64,000 nt of DNA from contig BFEA01000020.1 in NCBI GenBank assembly GCA_003427395.1, positions 3,833,336-3,897,335 of the forward strand, given 5' to 3'. This DNA comes from Chara braunii (Eukaryota > Plantae > Charophyceae). The translations under genes and the position numbers were made by a program. The stretch's first letter is position 1. The number at the start of each line of letters is the position of its first letter. The notes beneath the pieces are model-generated. The model ran no database searches, was not told the DNA's origin, and saw nothing but the letters and a program-made list of their open reading frames with translations. This document shows, one piece after another, positions 12,381-25,114 of this stretch.

Positions 12381-12821
12381 GTAACAGGGTACAGTTAAAC
12401 CAGATAACAAGCAAGAAAAGGAGATCTTCAAACTAGAGGAAGAAGGTTATGCCGCTGGGATCCGATCGTGCCCTCAGCACCCCGGGCCCAAAAAACAAGC
12501 ACGAACGGGCAGGCCCTGAAAAAGGTCAGACAGGCCCTAGGTAGAGGCCCAGGCGGACAGTTGACCGAAATGTCAACAGTCAACTCTTGGACCCGGTCCC
12601 AGATATGAGAAGTCAAAGTCAACACACAAGATTTCCTGGCCGTCGATCTGGAATGATCTAACACATAAGTGTCTGCAGGTTCCAGAAGATTCCGGCCTCA
12701 AGGAGTCCAGACCGAATCTGGGACAAATTGCATCTGAGCCGTCAACATTCAGACGATCCGGGGCCTCACATAGACAGATGTTGACCCCGGACAATACGAG
12801 TGAACACTATATAGAGTTGAC

Positions 12822-12964
12822 CTCGCCAGTGCTTGGACGTTCAGTCTTGCGAGTGGCTTGCGGCTTCGGTGCTGCACGTGAGACTTGAGAGGTGGACGCT
12901 GGCGCCAGCCAGATGCTGTAGTATGAGAGGAGAGAGAGGAGAAGGCAGCCATTGCTGCAGACAT
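12822..12964 (-). CDS. Putative exon 1 encoding a plastid transit-peptide-like N-terminus
   Basis: MSAAMAAFSSLSSHTTASGWRQRPPLKSHVQHRSRKPLARLNVQALA is S/A/R-rich with no acidic residues and follows a (CT)n leader; the donor AG|GTCAAC is weak. Confidence 0.45.
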
Positions 12965-12985
12965 AGACGATGGCGAGGTAGCGAG

Positions 12986-12987
<2 letters not shown>

Positions 12988-13056
<69 letters not shown>
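12988..13056. repeat. (GA)n microsatellite; others at 11175-11210, 14693-14762 and 52496-52626
   Basis: Read directly from the sequence. Confidence 0.95.
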
Positions 13057-13060
<4 letters not shown>

Positions 13061-13178
13061 CGAGGTGTGATGTCGTGTGCGCGTACCTGGTCTCACCTGA
13101 TGCGATGCTGCTGCTGAGCACTTACCTGCGAGGGGCTGCATTTACATCATCCACATGTCAACTGTGTACAGATTGCTG

Positions 13179-14112
13179 ACGTGGCAGAGGTGGGGAAGCT
13201 TGGAGGAGAAGAGGGACTTGACTGCTTTGATATTCTTCTCCTACCATCTGTCTCTTCTTCCCCCTTTCTTTTCTAGTCTGGATACTCTTCGACTTGGAGA
13301 CCTTACACATGGTAATGAAGGATCATGTATTTCAAAGACTTCAAATTTTATGGACTTGCTCGAATGATTATCTCACGACAGTGCACGGCATTGCTATCTC
13401 ACGAGATTTCTATCTGGCAACATGATTGATTGACGAGACTGGGCTCATTACAATTTGGTATCGGCATCTCGCCCATTTGCTGCTCGATTGAAGACGACCA
13501 CGCAATTCAAGTTTGACGATATCTCTTCGATAAGAGTGCTGACGTGGCACCTGCAGAGTGGTGTTAACCATATGCTCGTGGGAGGCGCTCACTGGCTGGT
13601 TCCCGCAAGGGCATAAATCACCAAGAAGTCTCTCTCTGAAAGGGCGCCAACGTGGCAAAGGCAGAGTGGTTCTCATCATGTGCCTCTGCTGACGTGGCAC
13701 TCGCTGGTTCCATGGGGGAATAAATCCGCATATGCCTCTGCTGACGTGGCACTCGCAGTAATGCCTCACTAATTGAAGAGCACTGAAGAGGACGACAAAA
13801 CAAACGCCTACGTGGCATACTGCATGATGAGAGTACTGCCTACGTGGCATATTGGCGAGAGCATTGCCATATGGCGTATTGACTGGCGATAGCATTGCCG
13901 ACGTGGCATGTTGCCTTATGAGAGTATTGCCTACGTGGCATACTGGTGAAAAGAGAACCGTTGTGGTTGTTGAGAACGGGATGACGAGGAACCAGAAGAA
14001 TAGCGGGATGATGTATCCCATTGAGTGCTGACATGAGACTACATGTCTTGGCCTTTGATTGACACTGATCTGGACTTATTTCGGTGATGTATTGATTGAT
14101 GCTGACGTGGAC
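13179..14112 (+). promoter_or_regulatory. Cluster of ACGTGGCA (ABRE/G-box-type) motifs
   Basis: Exact ACGTGGCA at 13179, 13542, 13650, 13692, 13744, 13810, 13842, 13901 and 13933, plus a variant at 14105; all in the same orientation. Confidence 0.45.
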
Positions 14113-14689
14113 TTACCTGTGCGTTTTTTTTATGTTGTCTGGCCTGTGAACTGACGATTGATGATTCCTGATCGAACGGCCAGAAGTAGTCCACACACAG
14201 TAGTAGTCAGCATCACAAGCAGCAAAGCACGAAAAAAAAAAAAAAGAAGAAAAGGACTCAGACCTTGATATTCTATTTTTACCATCCTGATATCCAGACA
14301 GGCGTCCAAACGGTCTGCTGTCCGGTGCCTGGACGCCGGGTCGTAGGAGGCCCATCCGGAAGGGGCCAAAACCCCGAAATTCAAAAAAAAAAGGGGGCAT
14401 CGTAGACCTGTTCCTTGGGTCCAGGGCGCCCCCTGAAAAATGTTTTGATGATTTTTGGGGCCAGTGTTGGCTGTACGGGGTAGCCGGACCGGCCCTTTTT
14501 CTACGTGCATCCTGGGCAGACCGCTGGAGGCAGAGCGCAGTTCCCCCAGTGACAAAGGGAAGAAAGGGCGGATCTAGGCACTTCACAATGCTTTCCCGCC
14601 CACCCGCCGCCGCCACATACACACACACAGGCACACATAGGGAGAGGGAGAGAGAGCCTTCGTTATCGTCGTGGACTGGTGCGCACATG

Positions 14690-14764
<75 letters not shown>

Positions 14765-15067
14765 TTGGAAATTATGAACTGCTAAAGTCTGGAACTTCAT
14801 TTAATATGTACCTTTATTGAAGTTTATTCAAGTTTACTGCGGAGTGCTCTTATTTTTGTTTGTTCACTTTTTCTTCCCGTGCAGCAGTTTGTGCTTTGCA
14901 GTGACTGTGCCAGCACAGTGCATGTCAAGGAATAATCATTCATGTTTGTCATATATGCCAACAGCTATGTCTTCCTGGAACACTTCCCCATTAAGGTACG
15001 GTTATACGATGAAACTGCATTCAAGTTGCATAAGAGACCTGCCAGTTTTTTTTGTTTTTTTTTTTAA

Positions 15068-15223
15068 AGTCCGGACTGATATCCGGACAATGATCATTTG
15101 GACTATCCGGACCAGTCCAGACGATCCGGACTGGTCTGGAAATCCGGACGTCCGGATCATAACCGGACCGACTGGTTGTCTGGGTCCGGATCGGTCCGGT
15201 GTCCGGGTCCGCGGTAGCCATGA
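15068..15223. repeat. TCCGGA/GGACCG motif cluster, probably a DNA-transposon subterminal region
   Basis: More than 10 CCGGA-like motifs ending in GGTAGCCATG; no partner end found. Confidence 0.4.
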
Positions 15224-15695
15224 TTTTTACCGAATTTTATTTATTTTCTTTTTGTTGTTCCGAATTCTGACAAGACCGCGAAACAGATAATTGCAAAGTC
15301 TGATTGTGCGGTAATTCCAAGGATGGCATACATGTGGAACAACTTATGGCTGTCTGGTCTGACAAAATCCATCCCCTCGTTTTCCCTCCGGTCTCGTTGA
15401 CCATGTACGTAGACGAGGAACTGTGTACAAGTGGGCAAGTGAATATGCCCGCAAGGACCAGAAGAACCCGAAACTTCAGTAGATCCTTATAGAAATCCAT
15501 GAGGCTGGGCCAGAAGCGGAAAATCATGCCCGAAGCCAGTTCGATCTACGCAGTTTTGAAGAGCTCGGAGAATTGCCGAGAGGATGGGTAGGGAAAGTGG
15601 TCTTACGGAGCATAAGGGACTGTCAGGACTACTAATAGCTGTGTCAGTAACCTCGTGTGTCTGGAGTCCGGCTTCTACAACAACCTGGGCTTAAA

Positions 15696-15696
<1 letters not shown>

Positions 15697-15758
<62 letters not shown>

Positions 15759-15766
15759 TAATAATA

Positions 15767-15804
<38 letters not shown>
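15697..15804. repeat. (AAT)n microsatellite
   Basis: Read directly from the sequence. Confidence 0.95.
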
Positions 15805-15810
<6 letters not shown>

Positions 15811-16144
15811 TGAAGAGCAGTTGGACCAGGCTGAGACGGGATTTGACCTCCTTCGTGTGGCCGGAAAACTGAACCTGGTCATAGCCAGGGTTTGTCACAG
15901 TCTGAACCAATATGTAGCAGAAATGCTGGCGCGAACAACCCAGCACATTGAAGAAGAGGAAAAAAGGAAAGAATGAAAAAAAGCCGGGGAAAACAGAAAG
16001 GAATGAAATGAGGATGTAGTTGATCAGAACATCAGACAACTAGAAGAAGCATTGCAGGCAGAGAAGAAAAAGAAGGAAGCCATGAAACTGCAAAGGAAAA
16101 AGAGGGAAGAAGAAGAAAGGAAAATGAATGAAATCATAAATAAG

Positions 16145-16698
16145 CTAGGCTGCACTCCGGGCCGCCCGGCGCCCGGCTCGTCGCCCGGGCGGGGGGCCGG
16201 GCCGCCTGGCCGGTCGTCCCGCCCGGTTGGCCACCGGGCGACCCCAGCGCATCACAGAGGGGGTTGGTGTTTTTTTTTCTTTTCTTTGCGGGGGGCCTTC
16301 TCCCCCCCCAAGGAAGCCGTAGATGTACGAAAAAGGAAACAGAAGGGCCGGTAGGCCCCGTTTGAATGAGTTCAAATCCCCGCTCGTCTGGGCCGTCGAT
16401 CCTCAAGATCGACGGCCCAGATGGGCAGAATTTGAAATCGTTCAAATGGGGCCTCCCGGCCCTTTTTTTTGTGTGTGCTGGATCTTGTTTCCCGCCAACG
16501 AAGTCGACGCCAGTGTTCGTTGTCGCCGTGAGTGTGTGAAGCCCCCGTTCGTCGTCGAAGCCCCCGTCGTTCGTCGTCGAAGCCCCCACCCGCCTACACG
16601 CCGCCCGAAGCCCCCGTTCGTCGTCGAAGCCCCCACCCGCCTACACCGCCCGACGCCGCCCGACGCCGCCCGACGCGCGACACGGTGAGTGCGTTAGT

Positions 16699-16735
<37 letters not shown>

Positions 16736-18074
16736 TCTTCTTCTTCTTCTTCTTCTTCTTCTTCTCCCTGGCTTTGTCTTCTTCTTCTCTTCCTCCTTCG
16801 CTTCTTCCTCTTCGTCTTCTTCTTCTTCTTCATATTCTTGGTCTTCCTCCTCCTCTTCGTCCTCTCCTCCCTCGCTTCCTCTTCTTCATCTTCTTCTTCC
16901 TCCTTCTCTCCTCCTCCTCCTCCTCTTCTTCTTCTTCTTCTTCTTCTTCTTCTTCTTCTTCTCCTCCTCCTCCTCCTCCTCCTCCTCTTCTTCTTCTTCT
17001 TCTTCCTCCTCCTCTTCTCCTCCTCTCCTCNNNNNNNNNNNNNNNNNNNNNNNNNNNNNNNNNNNNNNNNNNNNNNNNNNNNNNNNNNNNNNNNNNNNNN
17101 NNNNNNNNNNNNNNNNNNNNNNNNNNNNNNNNNNNNNNNNNNNNNNNNNNNNNNNNNNNNNNNNNNNNNNNNNNNNNNNNNNNNNNNNNNNNNNNNNNNN
17201 NNNNNNNNNNGGGGATGCCAGGGGAAGAGAGAAGCGATCCGTCGCGCCCTGCCGAAGGAAGTAGCGAGAAGTACGAGGCGAGATCGCAGACTACCAGTTG
17301 GTAGCGACTGGGTTTATCTCGTTGGAATGACAAAGGGAGGGGATGACAAGTGTGCTAGATGACCAACCGGCCTAGCCAGGACGCCGCTCACCGTACGGAG
17401 TGAAGTAGTGGCGGGCAAGGAGCGGGGTCTAAGAGCTCGCTTATGGATTGACGCGCTGCCCGGTTCAGTAAGTGAAGCAGTGGGGAGTGGACGGCGAAGG
17501 CTACAGACCTGTCTACAGACCGGGACGTTACCCATCCTACTGCCCTAAGGAATTGGAGGAGGCCTGCGAGTTCGTAGACTTATTTGTGGCCATCACACTT
17601 GGGGCCGCGGGTGTTTGGAGTGACTGCGATTGAGAAATGGGGGGGGGTACTGTTGTGATTTGTCGTCAGAGAGTCAACGGTTGGAGGCTGGACTTCAATT
17701 GGCCAAGCTGCTGCAATTGTCTTAGCCACCATTGCGGGACCCTCCGGCGTTGAAGGTTTGAAGGCCCTCTCGTGCGAGTCTATGAGCACCCTTCTTGGAT
17801 CCGAGAGTCTCGAACCCGCCTCCTTTGCTCTCCTCTTACTCTAACTCCTGTCTCTTATACACATCTAGATGTGTATAAGAGACAGCCCCCCCACCCCCCA
17901 ACTTCAGCTTTTGTTGCGGATTCGGGGTCCTCTAGTGCAGCGCAGCACAGCCCCACCTTCAGAAAAAAAATAAAAAAATCCTGGCCCTGTTTTTGTGTCG
18001 CCCGGTTCACCCGGGCGGACCCCCCCGGGCCCAACCGGCCGGGGTCCGCCCGGCCGGGCGCCGGGGCAGCCTAG
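16145..18074. mobile_element. Non-autonomous hAT element; interior partly gap and partly misassembled
   Basis: Termini CTAGGCTGC...GCAGCCTAG; 8-bp TSD TAAATAAG at 16137-16144 and 18075-18082; GC-rich CCGG subterminal repeats. Confidence 0.85.
17848..17885. other. Nextera mate-pair junction adapter (assembly artefact)
   Basis: Exact CTGTCTCTTATACACATCT+AGATGTGTATAAGAGACAG. Confidence 0.97.
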
Positions 18075-19679
18075 TAAATAAGGTAAGAATATAAGAAGGA
18101 AATGATGTTGCAACTCTCATTCAAAATCTGATGTCTTCCCTGGTTCACCCGAAGACGAAGTTAGACAAAGTCATTGCTGACAAAACCCAGCTTTCTGCCC
18201 AGCTGCGGTCAAGCAAAAGCAGCCTATGGCTAGACAAGAACAGGGAAAGGCTGAGAAAGAACCCAAGCCTGAACCAGTGAAGAAACTGATGGGAGATGCA
18301 ATGAAATCGACCCCGAAATATGAACCTTCAAAAAGAGAAGTGAAGAGGGAAAAAGTGAAAATGAAACTCCCATCTACATTTACCGGAAAGAAAGGAGAAA
18401 ACACGTTGTTGTAGATAGCCCAAGTGCAGACATACTGATCTACGACCCTGGTAGACGAAGATAGTCCGGTGGCGTTCACCACCTCATGCCTTGGTGAAGA
18501 CGCTAAGGCATGGGTACTGTCGGAAGCGAACGCCACCGGATTTCAGTTTATTGGGGATTGAGCAAAGACTCTGGATTTGAGGGGTCTGTTTTTTTTTTTT
18601 TTTTTAATTAAGAAAAACACCTCCACCAGTGTTAATGATGCTGAAGAGCAGACACCACTAGCACCTGGAGAGAGGCTCCATCTATTGGTGGGGAGCATCA
18701 CCTGTTGGAAAATGGGTCCAGCGTCCCATATACAGATTGAAATTAGAGTACATCTGAAGAACAATGTGGGAAGTTCCTGCAAGCATTGATTACCCTGGAG
18801 TCCAGGGGATTGACTGAGCATGACAACAAAAAAAGGGGAGGGGGGGGGACAACTTCGCCTTGAACCCGGCGCCAGATACCTGCTGCTACACACTAGTTCC
18901 TCCCTCCCCCTATCTTTGACTCTGTCTACTGAGAAGTGTTAATGTTTTTTGACCTGGACGCTCCGTACATCCGACAACCTTCCAGCATTGATTGCCCTGT
19001 TTCCAGGGATTAACTGTGCAGGGTTCGCAATTTGAAAGTCCTTCATACCACCGCCTCTTCAGTCTGCATCAGACTGCCAGATCACACATGTTTCCCTAGC
19101 GGCTACTTCCGCTGATGCCTTCCATGTATTGTTGCCTGAGGCCTTGCTCACTCTGCACCGTACCATTGCATGTCGACCATTGCCAGTTGGTGGGGTGGGA
19201 ATGGGTCAGGAAAATATGTGGATGGTCGCAGCGGGATCTCCTGTCCCACCGTGGTCCAGTCTCTGAAGCTGATAAAGTAGTCTCTCCTGAACTCGTTCTG
19301 GTTGCATTCCTGGGCAGGTTCACCGTCCCATCGGACGAATGCGATCCAACCCCCATTCTCACTGCCCAACCAGTCTCCCGAAAATTGTTGAATTGCTTGT
19401 GTTATGTCTTTGGATGCAGACCCTAAGATCAAATATAAAGAAAAAACTGTAAAAATTAAGAATGAAATCATAAATTGAAATCAATCACATTGTATCACAA
19501 ATCAGGTTTGGAGTCCTTGGACTCTATATTGTTTTTCTGTTATATGCGTCTTCCTGCGTTTCTATCGATGGTTGTGAAGAAGAAGTTGACACAGGAGGTG
19601 ATAATGGTGGTAGTAAAAATTGTCGGTGAATGTTTCTCCTCCTACCGTCCTTCTATTGAAAAGCTTATTGACGAATATC

Positions 19680-20390
19680 AGGACCTATAGAAAGAATCAA
19701 CGGGGGTAACTGAAATGAAGATAAAACATACCATTGAGATTGTAAGATTCCCAAAGGACCAATCTACCGTATCTCCCTGACGAAACTTGATAAGTTAAGA
19801 AAGCAACCGCAAATACTAACTGACAAGGGATGAATCAGACCTAACTCGTCTCCTTATGGGGCTCCTGTTCTATTTATTCCCCCAAAAGGAAAAAGAGTTA
19901 CGACTTTGCATTGACTATGGAGGGTTGAACGCGGTCACTTTTAAGAATGCCAAACCCCTCCCTCAAATTGACGACCTTCTAAATCAATTGCAAGGATGCA
20001 GGTAGTTCAGTGGAATTGACTTGAAATCTAACTATCGGCAGATTGAGGTAGTCCATGAAGATCAGCACAAGACGACCTTCAGAACCAGGTATAGTCACTA
20101 TGAGTTCGTAGTAATACCATTTGGGTTGACTAACGTACCTGCTACCTTCCAAAGGTCAATGAATGAGTTGTTCACAGGATGGTTTGACCAATTCGTAGTA
20201 ACATACCTTAATGTCATCCTGATCTTAAGCAAAACACTGGAAGACCATGAAAAAAATCTTTACAAAAACTGAGAGAATGAAACTTCAAACTGAATCTTAA
20301 GAAGTCTGAATTTGCAAAGTTTGAAGTTTTATACCTAGGACCTGTTGTAAGTGGAGATGGAGAATCCTTGACGGCTGAATCGAGGAGTGT
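19680..20390 (+). pseudogene. Ty3/Gypsy reverse transcriptase remnant
   Basis: SSPYGAPVLF, LCIDY..LN, PLPQIDDLL, DLKSNYRQI, KTTFRTRYSHYEFVVIPFGLTNVPATFQ, YLNVILI (degenerate YLDD). Confidence 0.9.
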
Positions 20391-20756
20391 GGGGGAGGAG
20401 GTGATAATGCCATGATATGTAATACACATATCGCCTTCTTCTTTTGAAATTTCTTTGGTCTACATGCATAATTATTACGATATTTTACTCTCTTACTCAT
20501 TCGACGAGCACTCGGCCCAATTCCCCACCAAGCACGGTCGTATAAACTAATTGTGTTTCAGGTAGGGCCGTAAGCAGCATGCACCGCTGATTCAACTTAC
20601 TCCCACTCGAGGTAAGTGATTGCGTTCCTTCTTTGCATATTCTCATTTTCTTATTTTCTCTCCCTCTGTGCTCTTCCACCTTTTCACGCACCTTCGCTCC
20701 CGTCTCTCTTCTTTGCTTTTTCAAATGTGCATAGCCGCCATGATCAATATTAAAAC

Positions 20757-21270
20757 CTAGGTTGTTTTGTCGGACGTCCGGGACCCCCTGACCGTCCAGG
20801 ATGTGTGACCGGACGTTTGGTCGGACGTCGGACGTCGGACCGGACAGGGGATGTCCGACCTAGCGAAAAAAAAAAAAAAAGAAAAAAAAAAAATTGAAAA
20901 ACATCATGTGGCTTCTACCTTGCATAAGGTGTATGCCACCAAAATTTTGGCTCATTTGAGCCAGTAGAAAAAAAGATAAAAATTTTCAAAGATTCTACTC
21001 CCCACCTATACCCCTCCTATCCCCACCAAAACCCCTCGTATCCCCCCCTCCCACCCCAATAGCACCCTATCACCAAATGCTCAGAAAATTCTGAATTTGT
21101 TTATGCAGGGTCTCTATGGCATGCGCAACACTGTCATAATTTTTTGTATTTTTTTTAGTTTTTTTAGTGCCAAAAGATCGTAGTTCGGAAATCCGGACGA
21201 CGGAGGGGTACCTTACGTCCGGGGAGACGTCCGGGGGTGACGTCCGACCTCTGGACCATTGGTAACATAT
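20757..21270. mobile_element. hAT-like MITE
   Basis: Starts CTAGG like 16145; 8-bp flanking repeat ATTAAAAC at 20749-20756 and 21271-21278; TCGGACG/CGTCCG subterminal repeats at both ends; TIR imperfect. Confidence 0.55.
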
Positions 21271-24200
21271 ATTAAAACATGATAGTAATAAAAATAAATA
21301 AATAAAAAATAATAATAGTAATACTGATAATAATTAAATATTAATAACGATAATAACGATAATAACAATAATTATAACAACTATAGTGAAAATAATTGTA
21401 TACAGGCTTATCTTCAACATACGGTGTCAGCGCGAATACCCTTACAAGGGTATCCGTCCCGGTTTTTGCAAGTGACAGGAAATGGTTTTGGTTTAAATTT
21501 AAGTATACCGCGCTAGGCGCGGCTGCGTCTGTGACTTACGTTGGCTGGATGGTTCACTATAATAAGGAGTGCGTGGGCGCGCAGGTTTAGGGCACGCGTG
21601 ATTCTTTTCTGTTTTTGATCATAAAGTCGGCGCGGACATCGGTCGTTTTGTTTAATGATATTATTATTATTTATTTATTTTTGATTAAGCAGGAATTAAG
21701 GCTATTTTCTTTGGATTGGTATGTTTGACCGAGGCGAGCGCGCGTGCGAGGACGACGACATCGACAACGACGGGGCGACCTTGTGCGGTGAATGGGGTGG
21801 CGTAGGATGGCGTGCGGGGCCAGCTACGACACGATTTGGGTAGGCCGGCGTAGATACCTAGCGGTCGTGGGTTTGGGTGTAGGTGGGGACAATGCCCAGG
21901 CCGTTTTTCGCGCCTAGGCACTGCGCTGCACCACCTTATATTGGGTTTCGCGCAGGCTAACTCTAGGTTTGGGCTTAGCCCTATAGGTTACGGCCTCGGA
22001 CTACTGCTACGAAAGATTCGGGGATCGAGGCCAGCGGGCGACTGCGCAGCGACGGTAGCGAAGCGTCGCGGAAGGGACCAATGGGGTTGAGGGCCGCCGA
22101 GGCTATCCCCCTCGGTTTTGTTTTCGGGCGCGGCAGCGGGCCCGATCCGCGGGACTGGCGAGGCGCCAGCAGCCCCGCGGTTTTCCTGATACTATTATTA
22201 TTTTACTTTATTTCCCTTTTGTGTTTTATTTATCGCGTCCCGCCCAGGGACGCGAGACGACGTGGTCAAAGTCCAAGTTCGTAATTGTGTTTGAGGAAAA
22301 AGAGGGTCGGTAACACTAATGGTATATAACCCACGTACCGGGTCCGGTGAGGTCACGCAGGGGTGTGTTGTATTTGCAGGGTGGTATGGGGTGCAGCCGC
22401 ATACTGTTTTCACGACTGTGTCGGGGTACCCCGTTATGGTATTCTGGGGATCCCCGTAGCAGCCACATNCGTGCTCGAGCCTTCAACGAGGGAACAGGCG
22501 GGGGCTGTACCCATGGGCANGGGGCGATAGGCGCTGTAATGGGCGGGTGGCACATGTCGGGGGCCGGCTGGTAGCGTCGGGCTGAGTCTTTGCGCTGGGC
22601 CGGCCACTGCGCCTCGCCTTCGGTCCCGTTCCCCTATGAANNCTGGCAGGTGGGGCGCTAAGTTAGTGATAGCAGCACTACGCAACAGGGGCGGGACGGA
22701 GTGATAGTGCAGCAGAGGAGGTGGCGGAGTAGTGNCGGGCACAAACGGGCAAGGCAGTGGGAGCNGGTGATCAGANAGGGGAAGAAGGNAAGGCGGNNCA
22801 GGGCGNAGCGGTGAGGGGGTGAGCTGAAGAAGAGATGAACCTGGCGTGAATTCGCGCCAGGTACATCCNAGGATAGGCACGGCGGAGCTGAGCATCACGG
22901 GTGAGGCNNAGTGACGGGGGCTAANGCGGTGGTGCACAGCGCTGCAGCGAAGCAGGGAGCGACGGGTAGCAACAAGGGAGAACAGCAGAGAAAAGGACGC
23001 ACCCGGACGGAAGAGTGGGTAAGGTACATGCAAATGGCGAACGAGCCATGGCGGATGAAGAGGGGAAGAATGGGTCGTGCATTCTCATTCCTCGATGNAT
23101 TTCAGCGGAGTAAAAGCTGAATCCATGGTTTGAAGGGAGGGCGAAACGAGTGGTAGTGTTAGATTTGGGGGAGAGTTGGTGTTTAGAAGGGAAGACGAAA
23201 AAGGTGGTGCGCCGGAACTATGTCGGGAGGAAGAAGGAGAAGGGGTGGGAAACGNATATCTCATGCGTTTTCGAACNGATTTCGGCGGGCAAAGAGCCGA
23301 ATCCACAATTTTTGGGTGAGGCGACTTCAATGGTAAGGTCAGATCGGGGAGAATATTAGTATAGATTGAGTTAGTAGTCAGAGAGGGTGCGCCGGGATAT
23401 GGGGGGAACGGAAGGGAAGAAAAGTTAGAAANGTGGACCTCGCNCGTTTCTNGGTGAAACGGGCGATTGAAGACACGTTTTTGAGGTTTCTTGGTGCTGC
23501 GAGTGTAATGGTAGCATTAGTTTTAGGAGATAGTTAGTAGATTGGGAGGTTAGATGAAAAAGAACTGCGTGAAGATATGGCGGGGATGAGGCAGGCAATG
23601 AAGATTTTTCTGTAGCCTGATTGTTCCTCAACTGATTCGGGCAAATCGATATGGATTCTGGGGATTTAAACGTCGGGCGACCCCAAATCCACAGTTAGAA
23701 TAGGAGGAAAGGGGTGGTAGGGAGGACTTGTAGAGAAAGGGGGGGTGCGCCGGGGCTATGGCGGAAGAGGGGGACGACGGGGAGAAGAGTCGAGTTCCTA
23801 TCCGATCCGCGACGGAATCGGGTGAAGCAAGTGTCGAGATAGGGGTTTTGGGGCGGCGTGAGCGTGATGGCGGTGTTAGAATTGGAGGTTAGTGGTTAGA
23901 GTTGGGTTACATTGGTGGGGTGCTGCATGTAAAAACGGGGGCGCGCTTTGAACAGGTAATGTATCTGTTCGTATTTTAGCCAAGGATTCATTCCCATTTC
24001 CTTTAAACTGCTAGTTGCGGCGTTGCCGTGCTCAAAGCAGTAATGGGCGCTGCTAATGTCACGATCACACAGCTCGCCGCCCACTCGGTTGGACTGCATA
24101 TTTGGGCTCCTTATCACAACCTTCGCAGTGATGCTGCAGGCAAGCAGTAGAGGTGGGGACTTACTCGATATCGGGTGCGGCGATTCTATTGTCAATGGAA

Positions 24201-25114
24201 AGCTCGCTCTCCCCATTTTGTGTGGGGTACGACAGCTTGGGCTCCCGACTGCATTTAGCGAAAGGCTCGCTCGATCTCGGCCATTGCCCCTGCGGGGACT
24301 TGCGGCACGCGGATAGTGTGGTTGGCCCTATTGATCGGTGCATTGCTCATCCCGTCCATAGCATGAGTCCAGCCGCGTGGCTGGAGATTTACCATCAGGG
24401 CTTGGACTGCAGTCTGTGAAGTCTGCATGAGCTTGCCTCGCTAGTGCGCCATTCGGTTCGATGGGGATGCCAGGGGAAGAGAGAAGCGATCCGTCGCGCC
24501 CTGCCGAAGGAAGTAGCGAGAAGTACGAGGCGAGATCGCAGACTNCCAGTTGGTAGNGACTGGGTTTATCNCGTTGGAATGACAAAGGGAGGGGATNACA
24601 AGTGTGCTAGATGACCAACCGGCCTANCCAGGACGCCGCTCACCGTACGGAGTGAAGTAGTNGCGGGCAAGGAGCGGGGTCTANGAGCTCGCTTATNGAT
24701 TGACGCGCTGCCCGGTTCAGTAAGTGAAGCANTGGGGAGTGNNNGNNGANGNNNNNNNNCNNNNNNNNNNNNNGNNNNNTNNCCNNNCNNNNNNCCNNAN
24801 GNANTNGNNGNNGNCNNNNNNNTNNNNNGNNTNNTTNNNGNCNNNNNNNNTNGGGNCNNNGGNNNTTNGNAGTGACTGCGATTGAGAAATGGGGGGGGGT
24901 ACTGTTGTGATTTGTCGTCAGAGAGTCAACGGTTGGAGGCTGGACTTCAATTGGCCAAGCTGCTGCAATTGTCTTAGCCACCATTGCGGGACCCTCCGGC
25001 GTTGAAGGTTTGAAGGCCCTCTCGTGCGAGTCTATGAGCACCCTTCTTGGATCCGAGAGTCTCGAACCCGCCTCCTTTGCTCTCCTCTTACTCTAACTCT
25101 AGTCTATTGGTTTT

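Larger units (their letters stand above)
16052..18540 (+). pseudogene. Ty3/Gypsy gag remnant split by the hAT insertion
   Basis: A charged helix at 16052-16144 resumes after the TSD; KLPSTFTGKKGEN...SCLGEDAKAWV capsid-like motifs with stops. Confidence 0.6.

Noticed and set aside
16058-16144. Host exon disrupted by hAT at an AAG|GTAAG donor
   Set aside because: The acceptor is weak and the frame reads on into Gypsy gag-like sequence.
17848-17885. Natural Tn5/IS50 ends or horizontal transfer
   Set aside because: Back-to-back synthetic mosaic ends are the library adapter.
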